Positions 1 to 11,851 of a DNA stretch of 64,000 nt are shown in pieces. This stretch comes from Balamuthia mandrillaris (taxonomy: Eukaryota), in assembly GCA_031835245.2 (NCBI GenBank), contig JAVKOQ020000097.1:62001-126000 (forward strand), in the 5' to 3' direction. The notes beneath the pieces are model-generated. The model ran no database searches. It was not told the origin of the DNA and saw only the letters and a list, made by a program, of their open reading frames with translations. Each line of letters begins with the position of its first letter. Positions within the stretch are counted from its first letter, which is position 1. A program made the translations under genes and the position numbers.

Positions 1-1240
1 GTGTTTGAGGTTGTGTTGCATATGAGTAAACCAAAGAGAACGTGGAAAGAATGAAAAGAGACATACTTCCCAAAGTCCAACTCAAAGCGAATGCCAGAGC
101 GAGACTTGAAGAAGCAGTTATGGCACGCAATCTCCATCTTGTCGTCCACCAAGAGCGGAATGGACTCTTCCGCCTGGCCAGAGGCTGGGTCGTAGTTGTA
201 GTTCAGTGCTGGTCCCTCAAAGTAGGCTCCTACCGGGCCTGGTTGTGCTCCGTAAAAGTCTTCGGTATATAAACGGATGCTTCCTCTCTCAAAGAGATGC
301 TGCAAAGAAAGAAGAAAGAAGAAAGAAGAAAGAAGAAAGAAGAAAGAAGAAAGAAGAAAGAAGAAAGAAGAAAGAAGAAACGAGAAACGTTAGTATCAGG
401 ACAGGTAAGGAAAAGAATTTGAAGACGCACTGCTAGAGGAACTTCCGTGGTGTCGACGATTGCCAACACAGGTCCTTTGCCTGTTACTAACGACAAGCTC
501 TTCACTCTTCGATAAATAGCGCCTTTTTGTGTTCAAGGACCGGAGAGAGAAGCAGAGCACCAAAGAAGCGACGTTAGAAGACACCGAAAAACATCGCAGT
601 GGGAAGGCGTAATACCAGCAAGGCCTTGTTCGTCGACGTTGCAGCCCCAAACATGAGATCCCACAAGAACGGCGTGTTCCGGCCACGAACTAACCGCTTT
701 CTTCACTTCAGCCACATTTCCACCAAACTTTGCACAACAAACAAGAAAGAACAAGGACGTTAAACGTTGAATCGATTGATGTGTAGTTGTTTGCCTCCAG
801 GAAGAAAACAAGAAGAAGGTTACCTGCAACAAAAGTTGATCAGCGGAACATTTGATGGCCGCGAGGAGCTTGTTGCTCTTCAGCTGATCGAGCGAGACGA
901 GCTCTGCCGCGTGCTTCACGTCGTACTCGAAGCGGGTGTGAAGACCTTCCGGACTTTGGTGCCGAAAGTGGAGACGGAAGGCTCCCTTCTCCTTGGGATG
1001 CTCCCTCACGGCGCCCAAGCGAAGCGCTGGATGTTCTTGCCAGGAAGAGCTTGTGGCCACATGCTCGTTGCTGCTACGGAAGGCAAAACTTGGGTCGTAG
1101 TCCTGCTGTTGGAGAGGAGGAAGAGGAGAGCCATGGACATGGCTGTAGCGGTGGAAGGAGAAAAGAAGAAACAGCGACAAGAAGAGAAGAGACGAGGCGA
1201 ACGCCGGGAGATGGCAGACAAACACCCTCCTCCTCCTCAT
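1..1240 (-). CDS. Secreted protein, DUF7029/DUF7223-like (multi-exon, 3' part runs off the left edge)
   Basis: ATG at 1240 followed by a hydrophobic signal peptide. Spliced exons read ...LVSLDQLKSNKLLAAIKCSADQLLLQ|FGGNVAEVKKAVSSWPEHAVLVGSHVWGCNVDEQGLAG|AIYRRVKSL...TTEVPLA|HLFERGSIRLY...MEIACHNCFFKSRSGIRFELDFG, with GT-AG introns. The family assignment is from recalled motif pattern only. Confidence 0.6.
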
Positions 1241-1592
1241 GTTTGCACACACACACCAGACCGCGCTTTGGTCAACAGGTTACGCTTCGTGCGGGAGGAG
1301 AATGGTGCGGATGGTGGCTCGTGCCAATTGTGCTTTCTTCCACAAATTCTTCAAAAGAGAGAAAAAAAAAAAAGCCCGGCAGGTGGTAATATTATAGCAC
1401 AGGTGGTTCCCCTGCTAGATACAACAGAGCACACAAGGCAACGAAAGGACGGAAGGAAGCATTCACGTCGACATTATACCATTTTTCAGTGCAACAAGAA
1501 TAGGATAATAATTCCAAGCATTGTTGAAATTCTTACAAGTCATTACTGCCGACGGTCCCCGATCACCCCTCTGGGACCGCTGCTCCTCCTCA

Positions 1593-2027
1593 ATGTCTCA
1601 GCGCTTCAGCCTGGAGATCCCGCCACCCCCATGCCAAGAGCATTTAAAGAAGGTGCCGGAAGGACTTGTCACCAGTTGATTCTTCCTGGGCTGGTGGCAA
1701 CCCCTCCTTCAAGAGATTGGGGACTCGGACCCTGAGAAATATAGCATGGAGGATGGAAGTGCGGAGCGTGCCAAAGCAATGATAGAGGTTGCCCGTCGCT
1801 ACAGCTCCCTACGACGTTCTATCAAACAACAAGCTCGACATAATCGACTTATTCGGCAGGAGCTCAAGTGCTTGAATACAACCCCAAGCGAAGAACTGGA
1901 GTACATCCAGAGGCGACAAAAGGAGAGAACAACTGCGTGCATCCAGCAAAGTCAGGATGGTAACTGCTCAGCTCTCTACAACTGTGTCCCGTCGGCAGCG
2001 CTCTCGAGCGAATCAGCCGCCACGTGA
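1593..2027 (+). pseudogene. Interrupted intronless ORF of unknown origin (possible TE remnant)
   Basis: The ATG at 1593 is in frame with ORF 1746..2027 but interrupted by one in-frame TGA (MSQRFSLEIPPP...GLVTS*FFLGWWQ...MEDGSAER). No recognisable domain. Confidence 0.25.
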
Positions 2028-2610
2028 TGACCAAATGACAAGATTCCCCATGATGTGTTAGATCAACTCGTGCTTCATCAAACACCTCAACCTGGAGCGA
2101 AGCTCGAATCTTCAAACCAGGAATTGTTCAATGCCTTTACCGTTCTGGGGCAGGTACTTTCGTGGGTCCTCAAAAGTAGCTTTGGGTATCAGCAGCAATA
2201 GCCCAAACAAACACACACCACTTCAACAAAAAAAAAAAAAAAACATACAGACCGAAGCCGCCCCAACCAGGTCTGATCAAGGTAACGCAAGTGAAGATGG
2301 CCTGGAGAAGACAAAAGCCTAACTTTACGCCTCGTGCAGGTCCTACCCTCAGAAGCAGAATATCCTATCCTCGCAGGCGAACATCTCAGAGTTTCCTTTA
2401 ACGGTCCGACACCTATAATGAACAATTAATTCTATAATGTAGTTAATGTGAAGCTAACACACATGCCAACGGTAGGCCATAGGGCAAAGAAGGAAGAAGT
2501 TCGTTTCTTTTTTGTTGTTGTTGTTGGTTGGAACCTCAAGGCCCCCCACAAGAGGCAGCTTATTATTTGTTTGTTTGTTTGTTTTTATTGAATGAGTGCC
2601 CCGCCCCCCA

Positions 2611-3269
2611 ATGATGTTTAAAGAAGACCCTATTCAACACCTACGGAAGTCACTGGGCGGCCACAAACGAGCCGCTTCCTCCTCTACTACTCCCAAACAA
2701 GGCAGACTAACTAGCTCTAGTGGTACCTCTTCTGGTGAAGGTTTATCTCGTCTCTTCTCAAAGTCTTTCTCCTTCTCTCGTTCTCACTTCTATTCTCTTC
2801 TTGTTCTCTTTCTTATGGTGTTCTTGTTCTTGTTCTTCTTGTTCTTGTTCTTCTTGTTCTTGTTCTTCTTCTTCTTCTTCTTCTTCTTCTTCTTCTTCTT
2901 CTTCTTCTTCTTCTTCTTCTTCTTCTACTACTACTACTACTTCTTCTTGTTCTTGTTCTTCTTCTTGTTCTTCTTCTTCTTGTTCTTGTTCTTCTTCTTC
3001 TTCTTCTTCTTCTTCTTCTTCTTCTTCTTCTTCTTCTTCTTCTCTCCTCCCATTGGCTTTTCCTCCAGGAATCGATTTGAAACAAACAAAAGCTATAAAT
3101 GAGCTGAAGAGCCTTTTGGACAGCGAAGAGGACTATCGACAGTTGTTGCTGAACAGGTCTGCTGAGTTTCCAACGTTGCTTCGCTTCCTCAAAGCGGAGA
3201 AAGGCAACGTGAAGAAAGCGGCTGACCGTCTCAGAGCTCACATGGTACCCTTTCTTCTCTCTCTTTGCT

Positions 3270-3311
<42 letters not shown>

Positions 3312-3672
3312 CTGCTTCTCTCTTCTCTTTCTTTCTCTCGGGAAGTAACACGAAACAGAAATGGTGGCAACACCAAAGACCAGACAATATCATGTCCAGA
3401 GATATAAAAGACTCCCTATGGTTTAGTCGAGGCATAGGCACTTTTGGAGGTTTTGACAAAGCCGGTCGTCCCTGTATCATTATATTTCCTGCTTTACACG
3501 CTCCACCTTTATCTAAACAAGAGGTATTCTCTTCTTTCTACATTCTCCTTGCCATTGCTCTTGTTCTTGTTCTTGCTCTTGCTCTTGTTCTTGTTCTTGT
3601 TCTTGTTCTTGTTCTTGTTCTTCTTCTTGTTCTTCTTCTTGTTCTTCTTCTTGTTCTTCTTCTTGTTCTTCT

Positions 3673-3704
<32 letters not shown>

Positions 3705-6141
3705 TTCTTCTTCTTCTTCTTCTTTCTTCTTATGTTTATCTCATTAAAATTGTGACCTATTTCAATATATCACTATAGATAGAAACAGTGGCGTTTTGGG
3801 TGATAGAACGGTTGCTGCGAACGATGATTGAAGGCGTTTATCAGTTTAATATCCTGTTGGATTTTACCAGCTGTATTTGCACCAAGTATGTTATTGTTGC
3901 TTCGCTGCTTCACTTCTTTCTTTCTCTTGTCTGCGTTTCGCTTTTACTAGTTCCTTCGTTGTAACGATCGTACCATTCATTACAAGGGATTATTTAACGA
4001 GCGTGAGCACGATGGTTGATTTGTGCATTATGCTTCGTCGGCATTATCCCTGCTCGCTCGCCAACATCTTCATCCTCAACCCAACCACGCTGTGGAGTGT
4101 GTTTCTTCGAACCATTTTGCACGCAACTGGTCTGTCCAACAAAGACCTTACCAGAAAGATCATCGTCATTAGAGAAGAAGTCGTTCGTGAGAGGTTGCTG
4201 GAATACTTTGATAGAGATCAATTGCCAATTGAATATGGCGGAACGGCTCACTTTTTGACGGACCAACAAAGCTCGTTGTTGAAAGTGTTGCAGCGAACCC
4301 CATCAGGTATTTTATTCTCTAGTTTCTTCTCCCTTCCGTCTTCTTTTATGTCTTCTTTTTTGTTCTCATTTTATGCTGCCTCTCGAATCTTTGTTTGTTT
4401 TGGCTTGAGTGGCTAACCTCCCTGAACTATTCCCTCTTCCGAAGAACCAAGACGAAGAAAGTCACACGACTCACACACTTACCACAAGTGCAACGAAGAT
4501 ATATCCTCAATTTTCTTAGCAACACATTCCGCTGGCGAAAGCAATCCCAGGCTTTCATATCTTTCGAGAGGGCAGAGAGCTCCTCTGCCCTCCACTGCTC
4601 GCCAATCTCCTGTTAATTCTGGCCAACATGTTACATGTTTGTATCTCTCTCATTTTTCTCGTTTCGTCTTTCTTTCTCTCTATATTCTCTCTGCCTGTTT
4701 TATGTGCTAACAGTTTTGGCTTTGAATCTTCTACCGTTTGTTTTGCTCTTTCCTATGCTTTAAAACAAAGCACCGGAACAAACATTGGACATAAGGTCAG
4801 GTTCTGCTTCTGTGGTAGGAGCAGAACTTACTCTCAACTCACACGCGCCAGACAAAATTCCACTGCGTTCCTCTGCTCCGCATTCCAAGAGAAACAGCCG
4901 GGAAGGTAGGGATGGAAGAGGAGGAAGAGCTTCACCACCGCCGTCGTCATCGCCAAAACCAACTACGCAAACGGGCTCTCGAAGCTTGACGGCTCTTGTC
5001 TCTCCGAAAAATTCTGGAACGCTTCCGAGTGCTCGTCCTGTCCGACCTCTTACAGTTTGCTCGGTTTGTTTTATTTATTTATTATTTTTTTTGCTCTGTT
5101 TTGTTTGCGAGTTTTTGTTCTTCCTCCATTTTATTGAGACCAAACAACACACCTTCTCAACTAAAAGGTGAATCCAAAAGTGGAAGAACGAGCAAGATAT
5201 GCTTGGGAAATTGACTATAAAGAATTGGATATATTGGTTCGTTTTCCTCTCTTTCTTATTGTGCTGCTTCTTCCTTTCCGTTTTTTTTATCTTCGCCATT
5301 TCTTATGCGTTAAGTTTAACTGTTATAGGAACAAATCGGGGCAGGAGGAATGGGCATCGTCTACAAAGCTAAATTCAGAGGCACCACAGTTGCTGTCAAG
5401 AAGCTCAACACCACCGGACACCCTACCAGAAGCGAGTTTAAGCGTTTTCTTCGTGAAATTGATATCATGAGGTATGTTTATTTTCTCTCTTCTTCTATCC
5501 TTGAGCCATGTTCCGAGTCGGTTGTTTATTTTATTTTATTTTTTTTTGTAAACTTTGTTAGCAAGTTGCGCCATCCCAACATTTTGTTGCTGATGGGTGC
5601 TTGTTTGGAGTATCCCAACATTTGTGTCATCACCGAATACATTTCGGAGGGAGATGTGCTGCGGTATATTAAAAAGAAACGTCGTTCTTTCTTGCGAAAA
5701 CTTGAGATCGCCATTGACGCCGCTCGTGGTATGTCTTTGTTTTGTTTTTATGTTTGACATTGGAGCATTGAAGGGAATGAAATAACGTATAATTTTTTGT
5801 ACCAGGAATGCTCTTCTTGCATCTTAGGAACCCTCCTTGTCTTCATCAAGATCTTAAAGCATCCAATCTACTGGTTTCGTTAGTCTTCTTTGTTATTTTG
5901 CATTTTACATTCTTTATTCACATCCTTAAACAGGTGGATCGTTCAGGCAGAGTCAAAGTGGGAGACTTTGGGATTGCTCAAGTGCAGGAAGAGCTTATGA
6001 CCTTGGATGGAGAACAGCCAGGAGAGGCCAGCGCCAGTAAAGCCATGCTGAAGCTCAGTACACCCAATCAATGTTTTGGCACGTTGAATTGGTACTTTCT
6101 CATTGTCATCTCTCGTTTCTCTCATTCTCTTATTCTCATGC

Positions 6142-6184
<43 letters not shown>

Positions 6185-8883
6185 AGGCTTCCGCCAGAAG
6201 TGCTTAACGCTGAGCAGCGAAGTAAAGAAGCTGATGTTTGGTCTTTTGGCATGGTTTGTATAAATGCTTTTCTTCCTCGTTTTTTCTTCTTCCTCACAAC
6301 AACACTTTAATAATAACAGGTTTTATGGGAGTTACTCAGTGAACAAGTTCCATTCCAAGACATGTCTCAACTGGAAATCATTCTAGCCATAATGGAGAAC
6401 AAAATGCCTTCCTTTCCAACCGATGACTGCCCTCCCGAATACGCCGAACTCATTCGCGACTGTTGGCAGCCTCAACCTGAAGAACGTCCAAGCTTTCAAG
6501 AAATACTGACGCGGTTAGAAGCGCTTCAACAACGCCTGAAAATGGTAGACGACTCTAGAAGAGAGACCTTTCCTCCACATTTTCCTTCCGTTGTCGCGTC
6601 CACCTCCGCTGCCGCAAGCGCGAAGGAAGTGAGACGATCGTCCATGCCATCGCCGCAAAGGCCACCGCTGATGGCTCCGTTGCCTTCGTTTGGGAATTCC
6701 AAGTCTAGCCCTCGTCTTATTTCCAGCAATGATGGCAAAGGTATGACTCTTCTTCCTTTGGTTTATCCTATCCATTTCCCTCCTTATGTCTCTCAAGATA
6801 GAATAATAACAACAAAAACCTATAACAACAAAAACAGAACAAGAACTGCAAAAATGGTTGCATGACCTTGACCCTCGTTTTGTGAAATACGCAAAGCACT
6901 TCCTCTCGCAGGAAGTCTACTTGGAAAGCGCTTTGAAGTTGACTTCTGCCGAGTTGATAGAGTTGGGTCTTCCTCTTGGAGTTCGTAAGAAGATCCTAGA
7001 ACACAATCAACAACGGCTTTCTTTGTCTGATGTTGATAAGAGCGAAGATGACGACGAAGGGGAAGGAGGTTTTGTAAGCAAGGAAGTGGAACTGAACGAA
7101 AGCGGAGAAGTAAGCTTTTTGGCTTTAGCTTCTTCTTCGTCAGAGGATGAGAAACGAGAAGATTCAGACGAGAACAACTATGCCGATCTCCAAGGCCTCA
7201 AACACAAACCTTCTGCCTCTTCTCGCACAAACTTTTATGGAGGATATGCTGACGTTGCTCCTCCTTCTGCTTCCATCTCATCAAGAACCAACTCTTATGC
7301 TAATACTTCTTCTCCTTCTACCTCTTCCTCTCGTTCTTCCTATAATTATTATGCTTCTTATTCCACAAGTGGAGAAGAAGCCTCTCACGTTGTTGCCTTG
7401 GATAGTGACGATGATGATGATAGCGAAGATGATGAGAAAGAAGTCGATTTGGAGAAACTCAACTTTCAAAGCCGAGTTAAACTTAGCTATGGCGATATTG
7501 GTGCTGTTTCTGCTCCCACGTCTCCTTCTTCATTCCTTTCTCTTGATAGCGACGACGACGAAGCAGACAGCGAGGCAGAGCTACAAAGAAAAGCAGAAGC
7601 AAAACCAAAACCAAAACCAAAAGTACGAACAACTAAGATTGTGGGCTATGCTGCAGAATCTGTTTCTTCTTTTTCTTATGGAGACGCGACAACGACTGCA
7701 GCTGTTCAAAACGAAATAGATCTTGATGAAGAAGAAGGAGAAGAAGAAGCAAAGCAAAAAGAAGAGAATGAAGAGAGCGAAGTGAAGGAAGAGCCAGGGT
7801 GGACTATCATCAAAAAAACATCAGCAAGAAGCGGAACTGTTATCATCTCCCGAGGAGACGAAGCTGGCATGGTAATGCCTCGCTCTCCTTCTGCAGACAA
7901 CAAACAACAACAGGCGAAAGCGATCGAGGCAAACGGGAGCAAAATATTGGAGCGGGTCAACAGCGCACGGCTGTTTTTGCCGTATAGGCAGATAAAGCAC
8001 AAAGAGTTGAAGTGGCGAGAAAAGATCGGCAGCGGTTTGTGTTCTATCTATCCTTTCTTTTTGTTTGTTATCTCTTGTTTTTTGTCTGATGACTTCCTTC
8101 CTGTTAATTATGTGTTATAGGAGCGTTTGGGGCGGTGTATAAAGGTACCTGGCGTGGCTCTGCAGTTGCCATCAAGAAACTGGACGTTTATTTGGACGAT
8201 GAAGCCATGGCCGAGTTCAAGCGAGAGGCCTCTCTGATGCACCTCCTTGGCAACCACCCCAACATCGTTTCTTTCGGTACTTTCTTTTCTCTCTTTATTT
8301 TGTCTGCTTTCTCTTTCCTACTCCCTCTTCAGTTATCCTCAATCATTTATCTTTCGAAAAAAAGTGGGTGCTGCAACAAACCAAGAGGAAGGCACACCGT
8401 GCTTGGTTACTCAGTTTTGCAGAAACGGTTCTCTCTACGACCTGCTTTGCAAGAAGCAAACGAAGCTGCCATGGGTCACCATGGTGAAGATGGCCAGAGA
8501 TGCATCCAGCGGGCTTCTTCACCTTCACGCTGAAGGAGTCATCCATAGGGATATAGCTGCTCGAAATGTTTTGGTACGTATACGAAGATGATTTAATGAG
8601 CATGGAGAGAACACAACGAACCAAGCTGCCAACTAACATAACATTACTGCGACAAAAGGTGGGAGACAATTACAATGTGTATATCAGCGATTTTGGTTTG
8701 TCTCGAGTGAAGAAGGCAGCCCATAGCGCGAATCGAACGCAAAGTACCATTGGTCCTATCAAGTACTGCTCTCTGCTCTCTCTGCTCTCTCTGCTCTCTC
8801 TGCTCTCTCTGCTCTCTCTGCTCTCCTGCTCTCTCTGCTCTCTCTGCTCTCTCTGCTCTCTCTGTCTCTGCTCTCTCTGCTCT

Positions 8884-8914
<31 letters not shown>

Positions 8915-9450
8915 GTCGTTTGTTTCTGTGGTGTTGACTCTCGTGAAAGATATATGGCACCAGAAGCCATTCGCTGTAGAGAGTATTCTGAGAAAAGCGA
9001 TGCGTTCAGCTTTGGTATTCTTCTTTGGGAGATGTGGACGCGGTACGTTTCCTTCTATTCTAATAAGAACTTCTTTCTTGTGCTCCTTCTGACTATTGAC
9101 GCTTTTTTTTTTAAAAAAAAAAAACAAAACAAAAAAGGAGCAAGGAACCATTTCCAGAGTTGCCACCAGCAGCAGTTGCTCAAAAAGTGGCTTATGAGGG
9201 GCTGCGGTTGTCCATTCCCGAGGATTGCGACCCCACATGGAAGAAACTTATGCTCAGCTGTTGGAACGAAGATCCTGCACTCAGGTAGAGAGACCTTTTT
9301 TTTCCATCTTCTCGTTTCTTCCTCTTTTCTCTTCTCTTCTTTTCCTCTGCTTACATACATTCTTGAAGGCCGGACTTTAGGACCATCAACAAGATTTTGC
9401 GTCAACAGTTCAAGCAGTTAAATGTTCTTTATCCTCCCAATAACTCTTAA
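2611..9450 (+). CDS. CRAL-TRIO (Sec14) + TKL kinase + SAM + second TKL/TK-like kinase, multi-exon
   Basis: Sec14 motifs LLRFLKAEKGNVKKA, GFDKAGRP, HYPCSLANIFILNP and DQLPIEYGG. Kinase 1: GAGGMGIVYKA, VAVKKL, HQDLKASN, DFG, WLPPE. SAM-like WLHDLDPRFVKYAKHF...ELGLPLGVRKKIL. Kinase 2: GSGAFGAVYKG, VAIKKL, HRDIAARN, DFG, YMAPE. Stop TAA at 9448-9450. Confidence 0.88.
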
Positions 9451-9483
9451 AACCAATGCGTTTTGTGTTGTTTTGTTTCGTGT

Positions 9484-11388
9484 TTACTTGCTTGGGTCTT
9501 GTGGTGCTAACGAGTTTCGCGATGGCAACTCCTCCAACAATGGATGAAAGAGCTCCAGCATCTTCATCGCAACCTTCTCCCATCCGAAATACTCCAGAGC
9601 AAAGCGTCTGGGAACCTCCGGGTCATACCTCTCCACGATCCATCTCACCACCTGCTCCACTCTCTCCAAGTCCTCCGCCGTGACCTCCCATCCGGTCACT
9701 CCCATCAGGTAATGCGCCCTCCAAACCGCAGCATCGATGCTCAAGATGAAGTTGCCACACATCTGACTCTCGATGATGCTCAGCTCGTATCCGGAGACGA
9801 TGGCGGAGGCCCACATCCATGAACGTTTCAACAGTTGGACGTACTCCTCGAAAGGAAGTTTGTCTGAAAAGTGAACATCCGCCATGTGCTCCAAGCCCTC
9901 CAACAAGTCGCTCCCCCCTAACACCACAATGGTCAAGTTCAACGCTTTGCGAAGCGGTTGCAATGACCAGAGAAAATGGATGTAAGCTTGACGATAGAAG
10001 CGATCCATGTGTCGCTGTTGGTTGACCACAGCTTCGATGACGATGAGAGGAGTAGGGTGTTTGGTCGTATAACGGAGATGAAGGTTGTTGTGGAGAGAGT
10101 AGAGCGACGGGTCGATGGGGGGAAGGAGAGTGTGGAAAGAAGAAGAGTTGGCAGAAGGAGGAGAAGGAGAAAAGGAAGGAGGAAGGAGAGATTCGGAAGA
10201 GGAAGGATAGAAGGAGAATACTTCAGCGTCTGCTCCCCATGGAAGAAAAAATACTTTCCTTCTCCATTCTTCTTCGCCTTCTTGCTCTTGGTATTCGTCG
10301 TATGCATCATTCCCTCTTTTAAACGCATGTACATCGTCGTGTTGGTGTTCTGCGTTAACTATTCCAGTGAATGTGACTTGTTCTTGTTCCAATCCTTCAT
10401 GTTCCGAGTCATCAACTTCTTCAAACGCTTCAGATTCCACCTCTGATCCGTCTTCTATTTCTTCTCTACTTCCATGACCTCCATCTCCCGTTTCCTGTTG
10501 CTCGTCATCATAATATTCCTCCTCTGTTCTGAACAAAGTGGAGAGCTGCTCCGCATCGAACCACGCTCTTGGACAGAGAACGCCCACATCCACCTCCTTC
10601 TTTAGCCGCCTGGGCAAGTGGCAGGCCGTATCAAAGTGCAGGAACGTGTGCACAAAGGGGGTCTCCTCCGTGAACATCCTTGCCACCTTACGCATCGACG
10701 AGTGCGTCTCCACGATGGCGAACTCAGCGACTTTGGAGCCGCTCTCCACCTCTCTCCACGCCTCGTTATTTGCTTTCCACCAGAACTTCCGTCTGCTGAT
10801 GCAAAGGGTGTGGTCCTCATCAGGACCCAGCTGCAGCTGTGCCTTGGGCAGGAGCTTGCCAAGCGCTTTGGACAGGCCTTGGAGGGTGGTGTCCCCTGCC
10901 TTGTTGAAGTCGCGCGGCTCGCCAACCCGTCCGCAGGAGGTCAGCACGGCGACGCGAGCCCCAGAACGAATGAACTCCGCCCGCACGTGCGCCGGAGTCG
11001 GGCGTTGCATGAACTCCCTGTTGGCTCTCTCGATGGGCAGAAGAAAGTCTTGAGGGCTGAGGAAAGAGGAGGAGGAAGATAGAGGGGGAGGATAACTATC
11101 GTTGGAGAAGTAATGTTGTCTCCATTGCCTCAGTCGCCGGTGCTTTTGAACGGCGACGTACGAGAGGGAAGGGGGAGAGGAGAGCGCAAGGGTGCTGTCT
11201 GGTGGGTGTTGGGAGGACCCGAGGGATGGTGAAGAAGAGGAAGAAGCAGGGAAGCGTTGAAGAGAGGAAGAAGAAGAAGAAGAAGAAGAGGAGGAAGGAG
11301 ACGAGCGCAAGTAGAGCAGGGCGAGGAGGAAGACGAAGAGGGCTTGGCCGGCCAACAGCCATATCACCACGTTTTTACGTTTTGCCAT
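9484..11388 (-). CDS. Type II membrane GT-B (GT4-like) glycosyltransferase-like protein, paralog 1, intronless
   Basis: 634-aa ORF with a short basic N-tail, TM helix and Ser-rich stem. C-terminal motifs LPWGAD, SGYELSIIESQMCG (EX7E-like position, first E replaced by S) and RRFALEYFGWEKVA match the GT-B C-terminal pattern. Confidence 0.7.
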   Translation of the reverse strand: MAKRKNVVIWLLAGQALFVFLLALLYLRSSPSSSSSSSSSSSLQRFPASSSSSPSLGSSQHPPDSTLALSSPPSLSYVAVQKHRRLRQWRQHYFSNDSYPPPLSSSSSFLSPQDFLLPIERANREFMQRPTPAHVRAEFIRSGARVAVLTSCGRVGEPRDFNKAGDTTLQGLSKALGKLLPKAQLQLGPDEDHTLCISRRKFWWKANNEAWREVESGSKVAEFAIVETHSSMRKVARMFTEETPFVHTFLHFDTACHLPRRLKKEVDVGVLCPRAWFDAEQLSTLFRTEEEYYDDEQQETGDGGHGSREEIEDGSEVESEAFEEVDDSEHEGLEQEQVTFTGIVNAEHQHDDVHAFKRGNDAYDEYQEQEGEEEWRRKVFFLPWGADAEVFSFYPSSSESLLPPSFSPSPPSANSSSFHTLLPPIDPSLYSLHNNLHLRYTTKHPTPLIVIEAVVNQQRHMDRFYRQAYIHFLWSLQPLRKALNLTIVVLGGSDLLEGLEHMADVHFSDKLPFEEYVQLLKRSWMWASAIVSGYELSIIESQMCGNFILSIDAAVWRAHYLMGVTGWEVTAEDLERVEQVVRWIVERYDPEVPRRFALEYFGWEKVAMKMLELFHPLLEELPSRNSLAPQDPSK

Positions 11389-11851
11389 CCTTCTGAAACA
11401 GCGTCACCACCCCCCTCTGCAGCGCCTTCCTTTGGCTCGGTTGTTCGTTTTAACCCACCACCACCACCACCAGGGGCGACTGTGACGCTCTCTCTCTTTT
11501 TCGGTGGACTCCACCCACTTTTCCTCCGGACCTATTTTTTATGATTTTCGGACGATTTCAAAAACGGAGCACCCGGATAATTGATGAATTATACCATATA
11601 TGGATATGAAAAATAATTAATATCGCCTTAAAATGGTAACAAATCGGTTGTTTTGATTAAAAATGGATATATCAGATGTGAATCGATCCGGTGGTAATCG
11701 GTAATAGGCTATTTTACTAGCGTCTTATTAATTCACCCACCCCGAACACTCCCCCTTACCAGACTTTGTGTCTCCCAAAGGGGAACAACCATCGTCTGTC
11801 TTGCGTCTTTTTTTTCTCGTTTCTTCCATTCTTGGATTTCGTTTCTTGCTT

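Noticed and set aside
767..1735. 322-aa + strand ORF
   Set aside because: It overlaps the minus-strand secreted-protein exons and promoter and has no recognisable motifs.
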